DNA from: Tubulanus polymorphus
Lineage: Eukaryota > Animalia > Nemertea
Assembly: GCF_964204645.1 (NCBI RefSeq)
Contig: NC_134027.1
Location: 16,276,485 to 16,340,484, forward strand
DNA: 64,000 nucleotides
Direction of reading: 5' to 3'
Part shown: positions 37,201-48,808 of the stretch, in pieces
Layout: every line of letters starts with the position of its first letter
How positions within the stretch are numbered: the stretch's first letter is position 1
Made by a program: the position numbers and the translations under genes
The notes under the pieces: generated by a model
Seen by the model: the letters and a program-made list of their open reading frames with translations, nothing else
Databases searched by the model: none
What the model was told of the DNA's origin: nothing

Positions 37201-39492
37201 ATGGCACTCGTAGGGGTTGAAATTCAAGCGGTTGAAAGGTTTGACGTTTCTGGAAATGCTGCAACGTTGGGTCCACGCTGGTTGAAATGGCGGAAAGCAT
37301 TTCAGTATTTTCTGGCCGCAAAAGGCGTAGAACGGGCCTCTCGGAAGCAGGCATTACTTCTCCACTGTGCTGGGGTGGAGGTTCAAGAACTTTTTGAAAC
37401 GTTAATTGATCCTGGGCCGGTGGTTATCGTGCGAGACGCTGGAGGAAATGCTGTCCAAGATACTGCGGATGAATATGAGCGTGCATTACGAACATTGAAC
37501 AACCATTTCGTTGGGAAGGTGATTGAGCCATATGAGAGGCATGTTTTTCGTTCAATGGCCCAAAAAGAGGGCGACACGGTTGACAAATTTGTAGCCCTCA
37601 ACTCAATTTGTAACTCAAAAAGCAGGCTCAATTTTGTAATTTTGCGCATCCAGAGGTAGATATCCGGGATCAGGTAATCGAGAAATGTCGGTCTTCAAAG
37701 CTACGTCGGAAATTGCTAGAGAGAGAAGACCTAACACTAGATGGCGTCCTGTCGATAGCACGTGCATTAGAAACTGTTGATTATCAACTGCAGTTGATGG
37801 ATGCAGGTAAAGGTGGTATGGAAAAGATGGAATCCATGAACCGAGTGTCAAAAACTGATAATTCGAGGATGCGTAACCAGGGAAGAAAAGATGGAGAAGC
37901 GATGGTCACTAATATTGATGGCATATGATTATTCGATTCATTATCGTAAGTCGTCCGATCACGCTAATGTGGAGATGCTTTCGCGTTTCCCCGTCGAGAC
38001 GACTGCGCTGGCAACTGAGCTCAAAGTGAATTATTTTAGCCTGGCTGATGAGTTGCCGATTTCAGCCAGGGAGATTGCGGAAGAAACTAGGAAGGATCCT
38101 GTCATGTCGCGCATTTATTTGTATATCTTGAATGGCTGGCCCCGCGAAATGTTAGACCCTGGTCTACAACCATATTGGATCCGTCGGAATGAGTTGTCAG
38201 CGGACAAAGGGTGTATTCTGTGGGGTTTGATGGTGGTTATTCCACCGAGATTTCGGTCAAGGTTGATATCAGAGCTTCACCACGAGCACTGGGGTATAGT
38301 TAGAATGAAGGCCATGGCTCGCGGGTATCTCTGGTTCCCAGGAATCGACAAAGCAGTGGAGGCTCTGGTTGGTTCGTGTGATGCGTGTCTCGCAATGAAG
38401 GACAAATGAGCCCCTGCTCCACTCATACCTTGGCCATATCCGACACGTTTCTGGCAACGAGTTCACGTGGACTTCGGTACGTTGGAACGAGTAAACTATT
38501 TGATGTTGATCGACTCGTACAGTAAATGGGTCGAAATCGAAGTGATGAACACGGATACCACTGCGGAAAAGACGATCCGGACACTTCGCAGTTGGTTCGC
38601 ACGTCTGGGCCTTCCGGAACAGTTGGTGTCAGATAATGGGCCCCAATTCACCGCAAGTGAATTCGTGGAATTTATGCGCCTTAACGGTATAAAGCACAAG
38701 CTAGTGCCACCGTACCACCCGCAATCAAATGGAGCTGCTGAGAACATAGTGAAATCGGCGAAAGTGGCTTTCAAGAAGCATTATCAGGCGGAGGGAAAAG
38801 GACACGAGCGAAGATTGACCGTTCAACAGCGCGTCGACAATTTTCTGCTGATGTGTCGTACGACACCCCATTGCGTGACGGGTGTGTCGCCAGCAGAGCT
38901 CGTGTTTAAACGTCCTCTTAGGACTCGTTTCTCTTTGTTGCGCCCCGATCTTAACGAGACCGTCGCAAAAAAGCAATCAAAAATGGTTGAATCTCACGAT
39001 AATCGGGGAGTGAAAATGCGACGTTTCGCTCTCAATGAGATTGTTCGCGTTCGAAATTATCGCGCCGGGCGGGAAAAGTGGCTACCTGGGCGTGTAGTTA
39101 AGGTGATAGGACCACAGTCCTACATCGTGTTAGTTACCGGACGTAGAAGATTTGTGCATGTTGATCAGATTCGTGGTGAATATTCGATTGTGGAGCCAAG
39201 GGAAATGGAAACGGATGTACCCCCGGGTGTACCGAAACAACTGGGGTCGCCCAGAGCAAATCCGCCGACTGCAGTGTCGCAGGCAGTCGAGACTACCTCT
39301 ATATCCGATGCCGAATCGGAGAATTTGTCGGAACAAGCTTCGGAAGCTATGTCTGAGAATGTACTGGCGTCCGAACCAGCAGCCGATGCTGGCGTTGCGA
39401 ATAACATGGTCAGGAGAAATCCGTCGCGATCCAGGAAAGCGCCTGATCGCCTTATCGAAGCAATGTATGTGTGGTCCAACCAAAAACTTTAA
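37201..39492 (+). pseudogene. Gypsy gag N-terminus + RNase H tail + integrase
   Basis: ORFs 37201-37659, 37891-38409 and 38467-39492; H.EHWG...CDAC, VDF, SDNGPQF, PYHPQSNGAAE. Confidence 0.88.
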
Positions 39493-42399
39493 TTTTGGTA
39501 GTGTTCAGAACTCTGAGAATAAAGCCGACTTGTGTTCATTTTAAGTTGTCACGTTTCTAATTAGGGCGGAGGGATGTAGTGTATTTGAGATTAATGGGTT
39601 AATACAATGTTATATACGGCAGTGCGCCCTATCAGTTGTAATTGATGATGTAATTAGAGATGGCTGTCAGCCGCTGTTCAGATAAATAAAACGTGATCTG
39701 TTCTGAAGAAGTCGTTGGTGTTTGTGCTTGAGTTGAGATACCACATCATTCAGCATCTCATGCATTACGGGTCGAGCCCTGAATTATTGCAGTAAAAATG
39801 CGCCGATGAATGCTCACTAAAAATCATAGTGTATAATATCCGAAGAGGTTCGCCACACACGCGCGGCAACAGTAAGTAGGCCTATATACATTACTACTGT
39901 TGCCGCACGCGCATGTCTGCAACCGATCGATAAAATACATACACACTCATCGTAGTACAAATGTAGATACAAAATCACTGTATTGCAATGAATATGCATT
40001 GAAATGCGATACTTTCACGTAACGATAAGTAAAACAGGCACTGAACGCTTTTACGGTTCACCTGATTACCGATCACGCCGGACCAATTGAGTGATATCAT
40101 CACCCCCCATACTTTTACATCATTTTTGGACTATTTGGAAAATTGATATTTTCAATACCGAAATCCACGGGGAATTCTCATCCCTGTTCATCGTCAAATT
40201 CAGTTGAAGATGATCCATTAGGATCTTCACCTGGATCAAAATTGGGATCATCGTCAAAGTATTCGTCATCGCTGGAAACGTCGGTATCGGTGGTATCATA
40301 TGAAGGCTTAAATTTTTTAGGGGTCATTTGTGTGCCAGTTGTTTTCTTCCTTGTTAATTTACCCTGACTTGTATAGTGTCGTCGATTACATTTCGGTCTC
40401 GATGCGAGTGTTTGATTACCTTTATCGACAAAAATACAACATTGATCAACAATACGCCAATTATTCTCAGATAACCTACAGACTTTTTCACAACATAATT
40501 TCTAAAAATCAGGTTGAAAATATAAATGGAATGCCAGAAAATTATTGTAGTATGAATTTTTCATGATATAGTGAAATTTACCTTTGGTTTCTGCTTCAAT
40601 ATCTTTCTGTGACGATTTTTCAACAAACTTGGGAGGCCTATCTGGTGATGATGTTGGACTGTTTGATGTATCAGCTGTTGGACTGTATGACGTTTCAGCT
40701 GTTGATGTAGCAGGCTGTAACTCTTCGTTAGATACTGTATCAGCTACTAAAGTTTCCACCAACACTTTTCTTTTTCGTTTTGCATACGTTGGTCTTTTAG
40801 TGGTATCTGATTGACTGTTATCATCGTCGTCATTTATATGAATGGTAGGGATGGCATCTGGCTTCAGATGTTATCTAAATGGAATTGAAAAAATGATAGT
40901 TACACTTGCATACTAGATTCGGCCTCAAGGTTTAAAGTGTACGCCTAACAATGACTCCCTCATCAACATTTTGTACTCAGGGAATCAAATATATGAGCAG
41001 CTTGTAAAACCAGCCATGATACATCAATTAATTACGGCAATAAATGAGTTGGGAAGGCAGTTACTAGACCAGTTAGTCAGAAAACATGTCTAAACAAAGC
41101 AATGAACAAAGAAAGGACCTGACCCAGTTTCCGTGTACTGAAACACTTTTTAACCTGACTTGATGAAAAGAATGAGATAGCAATACTGCTTTTATTTTAA
41201 ATATTGTATATTAAAAGACTTACTTAGTTGCGAATCCTGAAGTAAACATTGAATAGTTCGTAAATGAATCATTGGTGAAGTGCCTCCCACACAATACACT
41301 CGTGGATGAGGGCTTCCATTGTACTCTCTTTCTGCTCACAAATGCGGTCCATTTATGCGCAATAACCGTATCCCGTGGCCACCAGAACAAAGTGCGATTA
41401 CTTGAACTACAATTGTAGTAAACACAACGACGAGGCATGATCGAAAAACATAGAAAAAAAAACAGAATATTCGAATAATATATCGTCCGCGCTAGTCAAT
41501 CCTTCATTGTACAATGAGCCACTTCCGCGTTGGTCTTTTCGGTTATACGTCATCATCGCCGATGTTTGACGGAAATGCCCGAAGATGCGCGCTTCAACAG
41601 GTGTGCGAGATTTTCCATCAAAATCGCTCTCAAAACCATATAAACGTTCAATACTTCTAATTTTCGTAAATATTATCGATAATAATCTTATTCATACTAA
41701 CTAAAACCACAGAAATAATTTAGGTGTCACAAATCCTTTAAAATTTCCTGCAGTTGGACAGAGTCAGACATTCCTCTGTGTCATGAGGATGGAAGTTTTT
41801 GGGTGTTAATTTTGGTTGCTGCGCATGAGTTTACTTTACGCTGTAGTTTAGTTGTTTCTGTTTCACGTTGTAACTGATTCAACCGTTGCAGATAAGTTAT
41901 GTTACTAAGTCTGTGAAGAACGGCACTGGAACTCTTTTATTTGGTGCAGGTGCAGTTGTAAAGACGCTTGATTTATTTCTTTTTGCTTGCTTTATTTTTG
42001 TTTTGCTGTTGCTTATCAAAAATAAAATGCTGGATTAACAGTCCAGATGACTAGATCCTTTTTTGAATTGAAGAATATTTAAACGCTTATTTTTATTCAA
42101 TTTCTGTTTCATAGCTGTCAAGAGTGACGCACTGTTTTATTCATTTGATATAGGTGAAAGTTTTTGTTCTTTTGCTTAAGACTGTTTGCATGTTATAATT
42201 GAAATTTATGTTTTCAGCTTGAACTCATGTGAATTGGGTTGAAGTAAAATATTTACAGACTTGTAGAATTTGTAGGTAAGTGAAAAGGTATTTCGGTACA
42301 ACTCGTCATGACCTTAAGTTACGCTTATTTGATAGAACGATAACCACACTCAAACGTGGTGAACGGATAATAAGATAAAAACCCACTATCTACAGATTA

Positions 42400-44160
42400 A
42401 AAGAATTTAAAAACAAGAATTTAAATATTCAATCTAAAATATATAGAATACACAACGTTTCGATCTCACCCTAGAGATCATCGTCAGGTGTGAGATATAG
42501 ACTAAAAACAGGGGTATATATACAGAGGAGAACAGGTTAATTGAGTAAATTGGTGAGTAAATTAGAGTTTGGAAAGGCATGAAGTAATATACTTAGAAGG
42601 GATTTGTGCGCAGAAAAGCCATTATTTAAATTGGTACTAATATCTGAGTGACGAGTAATTAGGGAAGACTCAACTATGTGGCGTTTAGTGTAATTGCTGG
42701 AGGTATAAATAATTTCGGCTTTATCAAAATTAAAACGATGACCAGTGTTCCAAACGTGATTGGCTACGCCACTAGCCGGTTTTTGATTTATAATATCCTA
42801 TTAGTGTTCCAAAATTCGAGTTTTTAATTCACGACCAGTTTCTCCAAAGTAAATTTTATCACAGCCCAAACAAAAGGAATTATGTAAACTCTGCAGTCCA
42901 AAGGTTTAGAATGATTGTTTTTAACCAAAGTCTTACTAATTTTGTTTTCATACGTGAAAATGATTTGTTTATCCAATAAAGGGAGTGAGTGACAAAACTT
43001 TTCCTTAGCAGGTACATACAGAACTACAATGAACTCTGAAATGTGTTTTTTATTTTCTGGAGGTTTAGAATTGAAGAAAGTACGTTTAGCCTTAGAAATA
43101 GCGATTTCAAAATGTGATCAGGGTAAGCCAATTTTTAAAGAGAGTCGGATATATGGTCAAATTCAGACGAAAGGAAGGTTTCATCACAAATCTGTAGTGC
43201 ACAGAGAAGCCTCAAGCGAGACTAATTTTGATTGATTTAGCAGTAAACGAAAAGAAGTGAAGGTATGCCTCAGCGTTGATAGGTTTACGGTAGACTGAGA
43301 AAATCAAATGAGAATATTTATTGTGAATTAGAACATCTAGAATTTGGTCATTTTGTTCCCATTCAAAAGTGAATTTCAAAGATGGATATTGGGAGTTGAT
43401 GAAGTCGATAAAAGAGGTAGGATCAAAATCATCAGAAACTAAGCACATTGGGAGTTTATGAAGTCGATAAAAGAGGTAAGATCAAAATGATCAGAAACTA
43501 AGCACAGAATGTCATCATCATATCTAATCCAAAAGTTAGGTCTAGAGCCAGTGTACTTTGGGAGAATTTCAGATTCAAAGTGTTCAAGGAAAAGATTAGC
43601 TAAAATTGGGGATATAATGGGTTACCCATGGCGAAACCAAAAATTTGTTCATAGAATTTGTCTTGGAATTGGAAATATAGATTGGTTGTACAGAGTTCCA
43701 AAAGTTCAAGTAAGTAATCTACAGGAATTGGGAGATCAAGATTGGAGTCTGGGAGTTTTCTTCATAAGAAATTGAGAGTTGGTTCCAATGGTATATTTGT
43801 GAACAAGGAAACAGCTTCAAAAGATATAAATTTTTGGCCATTAGGTTTGAGATTTTTGAGTTCGTCTAAAAGATCCATATTGTGCCGAATGTGAGAATCA
43901 GAAAAAGTACCCAAAGCCGGGGAGAGTACTTTAGCCAGATATTTGGAGAGTCGATATGATGGAGAATTGATATTAGAAATGGTCAGTCTTAAAGGTGAAT
44001 TGGGTTTATGAATTTTGGGAAGACCATAAGCATAAGGAAGATTTGGAAGCCCAGAGTTGAATTTGGAGAATAACTTCAAACGGTCAGGAAATTTCTTAGA
44101 GATGTTTTTTAAACCTAAAATGGAGTATGAATTAGACACAGAATTTTTAAGGGAATAACG
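42400..44160 (-). mobile_element. Decayed Penelope-like retroelement (RT + GIY-YIG endonuclease)
   Basis: YGLPKIHKP..PLR, SF...SLFTNIP, LKFTFE, VYRKP; GIY-YIG remnant C.GCDKIYFGETGRELKTRILEH; Penelope-type terminal motif. Confidence 0.88.
42449..42493 (-). ncRNA. Minimal type I hammerhead ribozyme of the Penelope terminal repeat
   Basis: Minus strand cacac-CUGACGA-u-gaucuc(uagggu)gagauc-GAAA-cguu-gugu: conserved core, 6-bp stem II, palindromic aacguu stem III, stem I acac/gugu. Confidence 0.75.
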
Positions 44161-44249
44161 TTACTGAAAAATGGGACTGTTTTATATATACGGAATAGGC
44201 ACTTATACGGTTTAACCGGAGATGGATTAACCTAGGTTGACTGTATAGA

Positions 44250-44730
44250 AATATTAAGTTATTGTACTACTCAACGCCCCCTGGAGGCCATATACAAAAA
44301 GCAATGACCTTGAAACTCACCAATATTAAAGAACACATCATTAGCTACAACTTTCGGATATATTGTGCAAAATATGCTTAGGTATCGATATCATGTGGAA
44401 AGACTTTTTTCCGTCTACGAATGAGTAATGATGACACCAAGATGGCCGCCAATTGCGTCATAATTGGCTGACCAAAAATACCTGTCTCAGGTATAAAACA
44501 AAGAATACCCATCACAAATTGCAATGAGAAATGGCAAACCAGTAGCAAGGATTCCGAATTGGGGCCAAAATTGTCATTTGTGGGCACAAAATAGGTCATA
44601 TGATGGCCATCTTGAGCTCGATCAACCCAATTTTTCTTATGCTGATGGGCGCTTGGAGGATTCAAATATATACTAAAGATCAAGGTAATTGATCAATGTG
44701 TCTTCAAAATTTCCATCAAAAAGTTCAACA
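44250..44730 (+). repeat. Partial copy of the ~153-bp-unit HINE element
   Basis: Last unit plus tail sequence matching ~3465-3960. Confidence 0.8.
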
Positions 44731-45986
44731 AGAGGCCCATGGGTTTATACTTTATCTCTGCCGGAAAATGTTCTATGACAATGTTGATTAGGAGGACCAC
44801 AGACTTAAGAATTGAATGAATTTCATATTTCTGCCGAACGATTTAGCCTACGCTATTTGTATTGTTAAACCTCATTAATGAGATTTTGTTTAAGACGAAA
44901 CAAGTTTATTCTGATGTTTTCCATCATATCCCAGCAGAGATATTTTAAATCAATCAAGGTTTGAATACAAAAACCCATTCGGCACTTTCTCCTCTACAAG
45001 ATGCGTATTAAACGTACAACTGTAAGGGTAATCTCAACGGACTGTGGTTTTTTCTTGCATGAACTGTTGGGCCCTATTGCCGAATAATGAAAACAAAACA
45101 GAACAATTTCTGAATGCAAAATCACCTCTCTGTCAATAGGTAAATCAACCGGACAAACGTACACATCAAAACGTCGCACAGAGTGATGCCGGCATTGGTA
45201 TCACTGAGGCATTCTGATGATTGCTTGTTTGTGTATTTGTTTGTTTACGTCGTTCGGACCTTGGTTTTTAACCCTATTGGATTTTTCATTTAACCTCACG
45301 ACGGGGCGTCCTTTGAAGTGTTGCCTTCACACTGTAAGCAGCCGGCAAGAATCAAGCCCACATATCACTCAGCACTGATAGTGGATGCAACAGCATCACG
45401 CCTTTTCACACTGAGCAACCGAGGCCGCTCGATTCAATTCCAAAAAAACTACAGTAGTGGAGAATAACCATCGCAACATTTAAATTAACGAAAAAAACAT
45501 GTAAATCTAATCACCGTTGTGATGTTGAACGCATGGAAAAGATAAAATTTATTTTTCTCAGGGCGCATTACAAAGCGAATCCATCTGCTGAGTGCGTTAG
45601 GGGCTGCTACTGCCACGTGAGTGCGCAGTAGGCAGGCAGAGCATTTTAAGTGAAAACTTATCGAAGAATATAGCCGAACCGATGGGATTTTAGAATAACC
45701 TGTCAGTCAACTGATTGAGGACACAAAATGGTTGTTCTCGGCGCACTTAACTTAGCGTCTCTACTTTCTCAGAATGCATGTTACGTAGAATTGGACAGGC
45801 GACCAGTCTAGCCTAGATGTAGAGAGCGGCAACCAGTCTACGCAAGACCACGCTAAAAATTGTAGAACGGTTTCGAGTCGTGCACACTGTTGCAATCCGG
45901 GTTTTTATATTTTGACGTTTCCTGTAGCTCTTTGAACAGACAGATTGTGGCCGTGTTCTTGACAGCTAGTACCACCCCCAATTGAA

Positions 45987-47220
45987 AACTAGGGGTCCAG
46001 GGACACACTTGGGAAGTGGTTTCAAATGCTCAACAATCTAACAATTTCAATATTCAACACCCCCTGGTGACCATAGACAAAACCAATGACCTTGAAACGC
46101 ACCACAAACATAGAATTGAGGTGCAGCTATGATTTGTAATTGATGGAGATAACAAAATACGCCTCGTTACCAATTTAATATGAAACAACGTTATTCTACT
46201 ATTCAACGCCCCCTGGTGACCATATGCAACATCCAATGACCTTGCCAAAATCATAGAACATGTCATAAACCGCAAGTTTGCAATCAATCATGGTAACAAA
46301 ATATGCCTAGGCACCAATCTAATAAGGAAATACCAAGTTATTCTACTATTCGACGCCCCCTGGTGACCATATAGAATAACTAATGTGCTTAACTCACAAC
46401 AATCATAGATGATGTCATGAGCTACAACTTAGCAATTGATTGTGGTAACAAAGTATGCATAGGTACAAATATAATATAGAAATACTAAGTAATTGTATTA
46501 TTCAACACCCCCTGGTGGCCATATACAAAAACCAATGACCTTAAAACTCACCAGAATCAAAGAACACGTTATGGGCTACAACTTTCCAATTGATTGTGGT
46601 AACACAATATGCTTAGGTAACAAAATAATGTGGAAAAACTTTTTCCCACCTACGAATGAGTACTGATGACACCAAGATGGCAGCCAATTACGTCATAATT
46701 GGCTGATCAAAATTACCTCACGTATAAAACATTCCTTTCCAAAGAATACCCATCACAAATTGCAATGAGAAATGGCAAACCAGTAGGAAGCTACAGGACC
46801 CAGAATTGCGGCAAAAATTGACATTTTATGCCACTAAGAAGGTCATAGGACGGCCATCTTGAGTCCGATCGACCCAATTTTTCTTATCCAGATGGGCCCT
46901 TGGGGGATTCGAATATATACGAAAGATCAAGGTAAATCGCCATCAAAATTTCCCTCAAAAAGTTCAAAAATGTTTAAAAAGTGCTGATTTTGGCGAACAA
47001 CAATGGCTGCCAGTCAGCCATCTTGATTCTGACAGGGCCAGTTGTGTCTAGGGTAGATACATATGTGTCCCAAATATCAAGACATTACATAGAAGCATCT
47101 TCAAAACTTCCCAAAATAACTGGATTCCGTCTATGGACAGACGGATGGACGGACGGACGGGCGAACGGATGGACGACGAACAAAAAGTGAACGCAATAGC
47201 TTTAGTCCCAAGTGGGCTAA
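45987..47220 (+). mobile_element. Near-complete single copy of the HINE element (four ~150-bp units, ACGG microsatellite, 3' inverted repeat)
   Basis: aactaggggtccagggacac head ... agtcccaagtgggcta end; colinear with 2948-4234. Confidence 0.85.
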
Positions 47221-47719
47221 CGATCGTTCTTGGTATCGTTTTTTTGGAGCCATGGCTACGTCCCTGTAACTCTTTCAGTGACGTCAACGGATTATTTCAG
47301 GTCGTACAGTGCCCTGTAGCAGTTTTATTTTTAGTTGTTCGTATAGAATTCAGCAGAGAAACCTGCCACTAGATGGCTTGATTAAATGGCAGCACCCATT
47401 AGTTTGTTTTTATGCTGTGTCATATGTGAAGGGTCATACTCAACAAACTTTTCAATTACTATAAAGCTCTATCTCTTAGAGTTTTCACTCTATGGAGCAC
47501 CAAAGTTACAACTGCTTTCCTACTTTTTAGGTAAAAATGATGGGCACTCTGAGGGTTTTTCTCAAATTACACATGGGCACTGAAAGAGGTAAATTCACAC
47601 AATAGCAATCGTTTGGTCCATCAACCATAAAATATATGACCAGCGCTGTAACCATTTCAAAATTTGGCTAATAGGAATAACTATAACTTGGAAAGACATC
47701 GAGTTTGTTCTGAACTTAC

Positions 47720-47887
47720 CTTTCTCTGTAAAACATTTATCTTTCTATCTTTAATTTCCATCTGATCTTTCAATTCTAAGAATTCATGATCAGCTCTACG
47801 TTTCTCTGTTAAAGAATTTTGCATTTGTCTAGCCTTCTTGTCAACAATTTTATCCTTATCTTTAAGCCTTTTTTGAAGGTCTTCAAT
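47720..47887 (-). CDS. ERC1: ERC/ELKS/CAST-family active-zone protein, internal coding exon (first in window)
   Basis: Acceptor ttttttaaccatag, donor GTAAGT; 168 bp, phase 0/0. Encodes IEDLQKRLKDKDKIVDKKARQMQNSLTEKRRADHEFLELKDQMEIKDRKINVLQRK, resembling vertebrate ERC1 ...DLKDMLDVKERKVNVLQKK as recalled. The symbol stands for the ERC1/2 family. Confidence 0.9.
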
Positions 47888-48205
47888 CTATGGTTAAAAA
47901 AACACATATTTAGTGAATGAATAAGTTTGCAGCAAATTGTGAAAATAAGTACAAAGTCTTCATATTTCAACATTCGAACCATATTTGACAAAATAACAGA
48001 AAAACAAACAAATATATACTCTGCAATTATTGTCTGTAGGAAACGGACATGAAATAAGTTTTGACATTTACCATAAAAATTAACATGAAACGAAATTCTT
48101 AATATGGACTCTAGTATATACTATATCTCCAGTAAATATTCTCCAGAGTTTAAGCATTAATAATTCATAAAGATTTCATTATAGGCCTACTTTGTATCTT
48201 AAATA

Positions 48206-48808
48206 CCGTAAAAACCGGCGTATAAGTCGAGTTTTTAACCCTTGATTTTACCACTAAATTATTGACCTAGACTTATACGCCGAGTACAGTTTTCTACAAA
48301 GTATTTTCAGGTCACAAGAAATATTGATTCTACCAGACAAAAAAGAGAGTGTTCATCTTCTCACTGCTATAACAGTTTCAATAATTATTCATGATAAATA
48401 AAGCTATTTAATGAAAAAAACTTCTTTCATTTTGACACAGCTTCATTTAAAACGATGTATTCATATATGCGTGCTCATAGCAGCGCTTAATACATTAGGC
48501 TATATATAGGCTATATATAGAGTGTGACTCACACTACTGTATCACTGTATGGTAGTGTATTATACCTGAGTGTGTGTGTAACAGTCTTTTGATTAACACA
48601 CAGCAGCAATCAGGCTGACACGCGGTGGCCTGCGTGAAGGCACACATCGTTATCAAAACAAACTATTCAATACAATGATACTAGTAATTATTCTTCTAAA
48701 AGAAGGGACTCGACTTATAAGCCGGATATATGTTAAAATCATGAAATGTAGGTCTAAAAATCGACCTCGACTTATACGCCGCGTAGACTTATACGCCGGT
48801 TTTTACGG
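48206..48808. mobile_element. Tc2-like MITE, copy 2 (near-identical to 16669-17246)
   Basis: Same TIRs and TA duplication. Confidence 0.92.

Larger units (their letters stand above)
36972..39745 (+). mobile_element. Internally deleted Gypsy (Mag-like) LTR retrotransposon with both LTRs
   Basis: 171-bp TG...CA LTRs at 36972-37142 and 39575-39745 with ~5 differences; PBS tggcgacgaggat; PPT agggcggaggga; TSD acatt/tcatt; gag start joined to the RNase H end plus integrase. Confidence 0.93.
36725..40186. mobile_element. Non-autonomous CAGGG-TIR DNA transposon (hAT-like) nested in the Kolobok, hosting an LTR element
   Basis: TIR cagggatgagaat / attctcatccctg; flanks ttcttc / ttcatc (6-bp TSD with one mismatch, or 3-bp ttc); subterminal aaatcc.cgggg near both ends. 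Confidence 0.75.
33003..41438 (-). pseudogene. Kolobok transposase, multi-exon: THAP zinc finger + DDE core
   Basis: THAP MPRRC...C...W...LCGRHF, continuing after an intron to LKPDAIPTI; CQQCHH..W.SEP; GDARCDSPG..CTYS; FISDMH; YFDTW; TSSVEAFHS; terminal HLSRF. GT-AG introns, stops and two nested insertions. Confidence 0.88.
31734..41737. mobile_element. Kolobok DNA transposon (decayed; ~5.3 kb once nested inserts are removed)
   Basis: TTAA|aggatttgtgacac ... gtgtcacaaatcct|TTAA; two convergent genes (KolX on +, THAP-DDE transposase on -), the known Kolobok layout. Confidence 0.92.

Noticed and set aside
36749-40172. 12-bp direct repeat aaatcc.cgggg as a TSD
   Set aside because: It lies inside the 13-bp CAGGG TIR pair and is better explained as a subterminal repeat.
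41220-41438. Stand-alone host THAP gene
   Set aside because: It is the first exon of the Kolobok transposase, 300 bp from the TIR.
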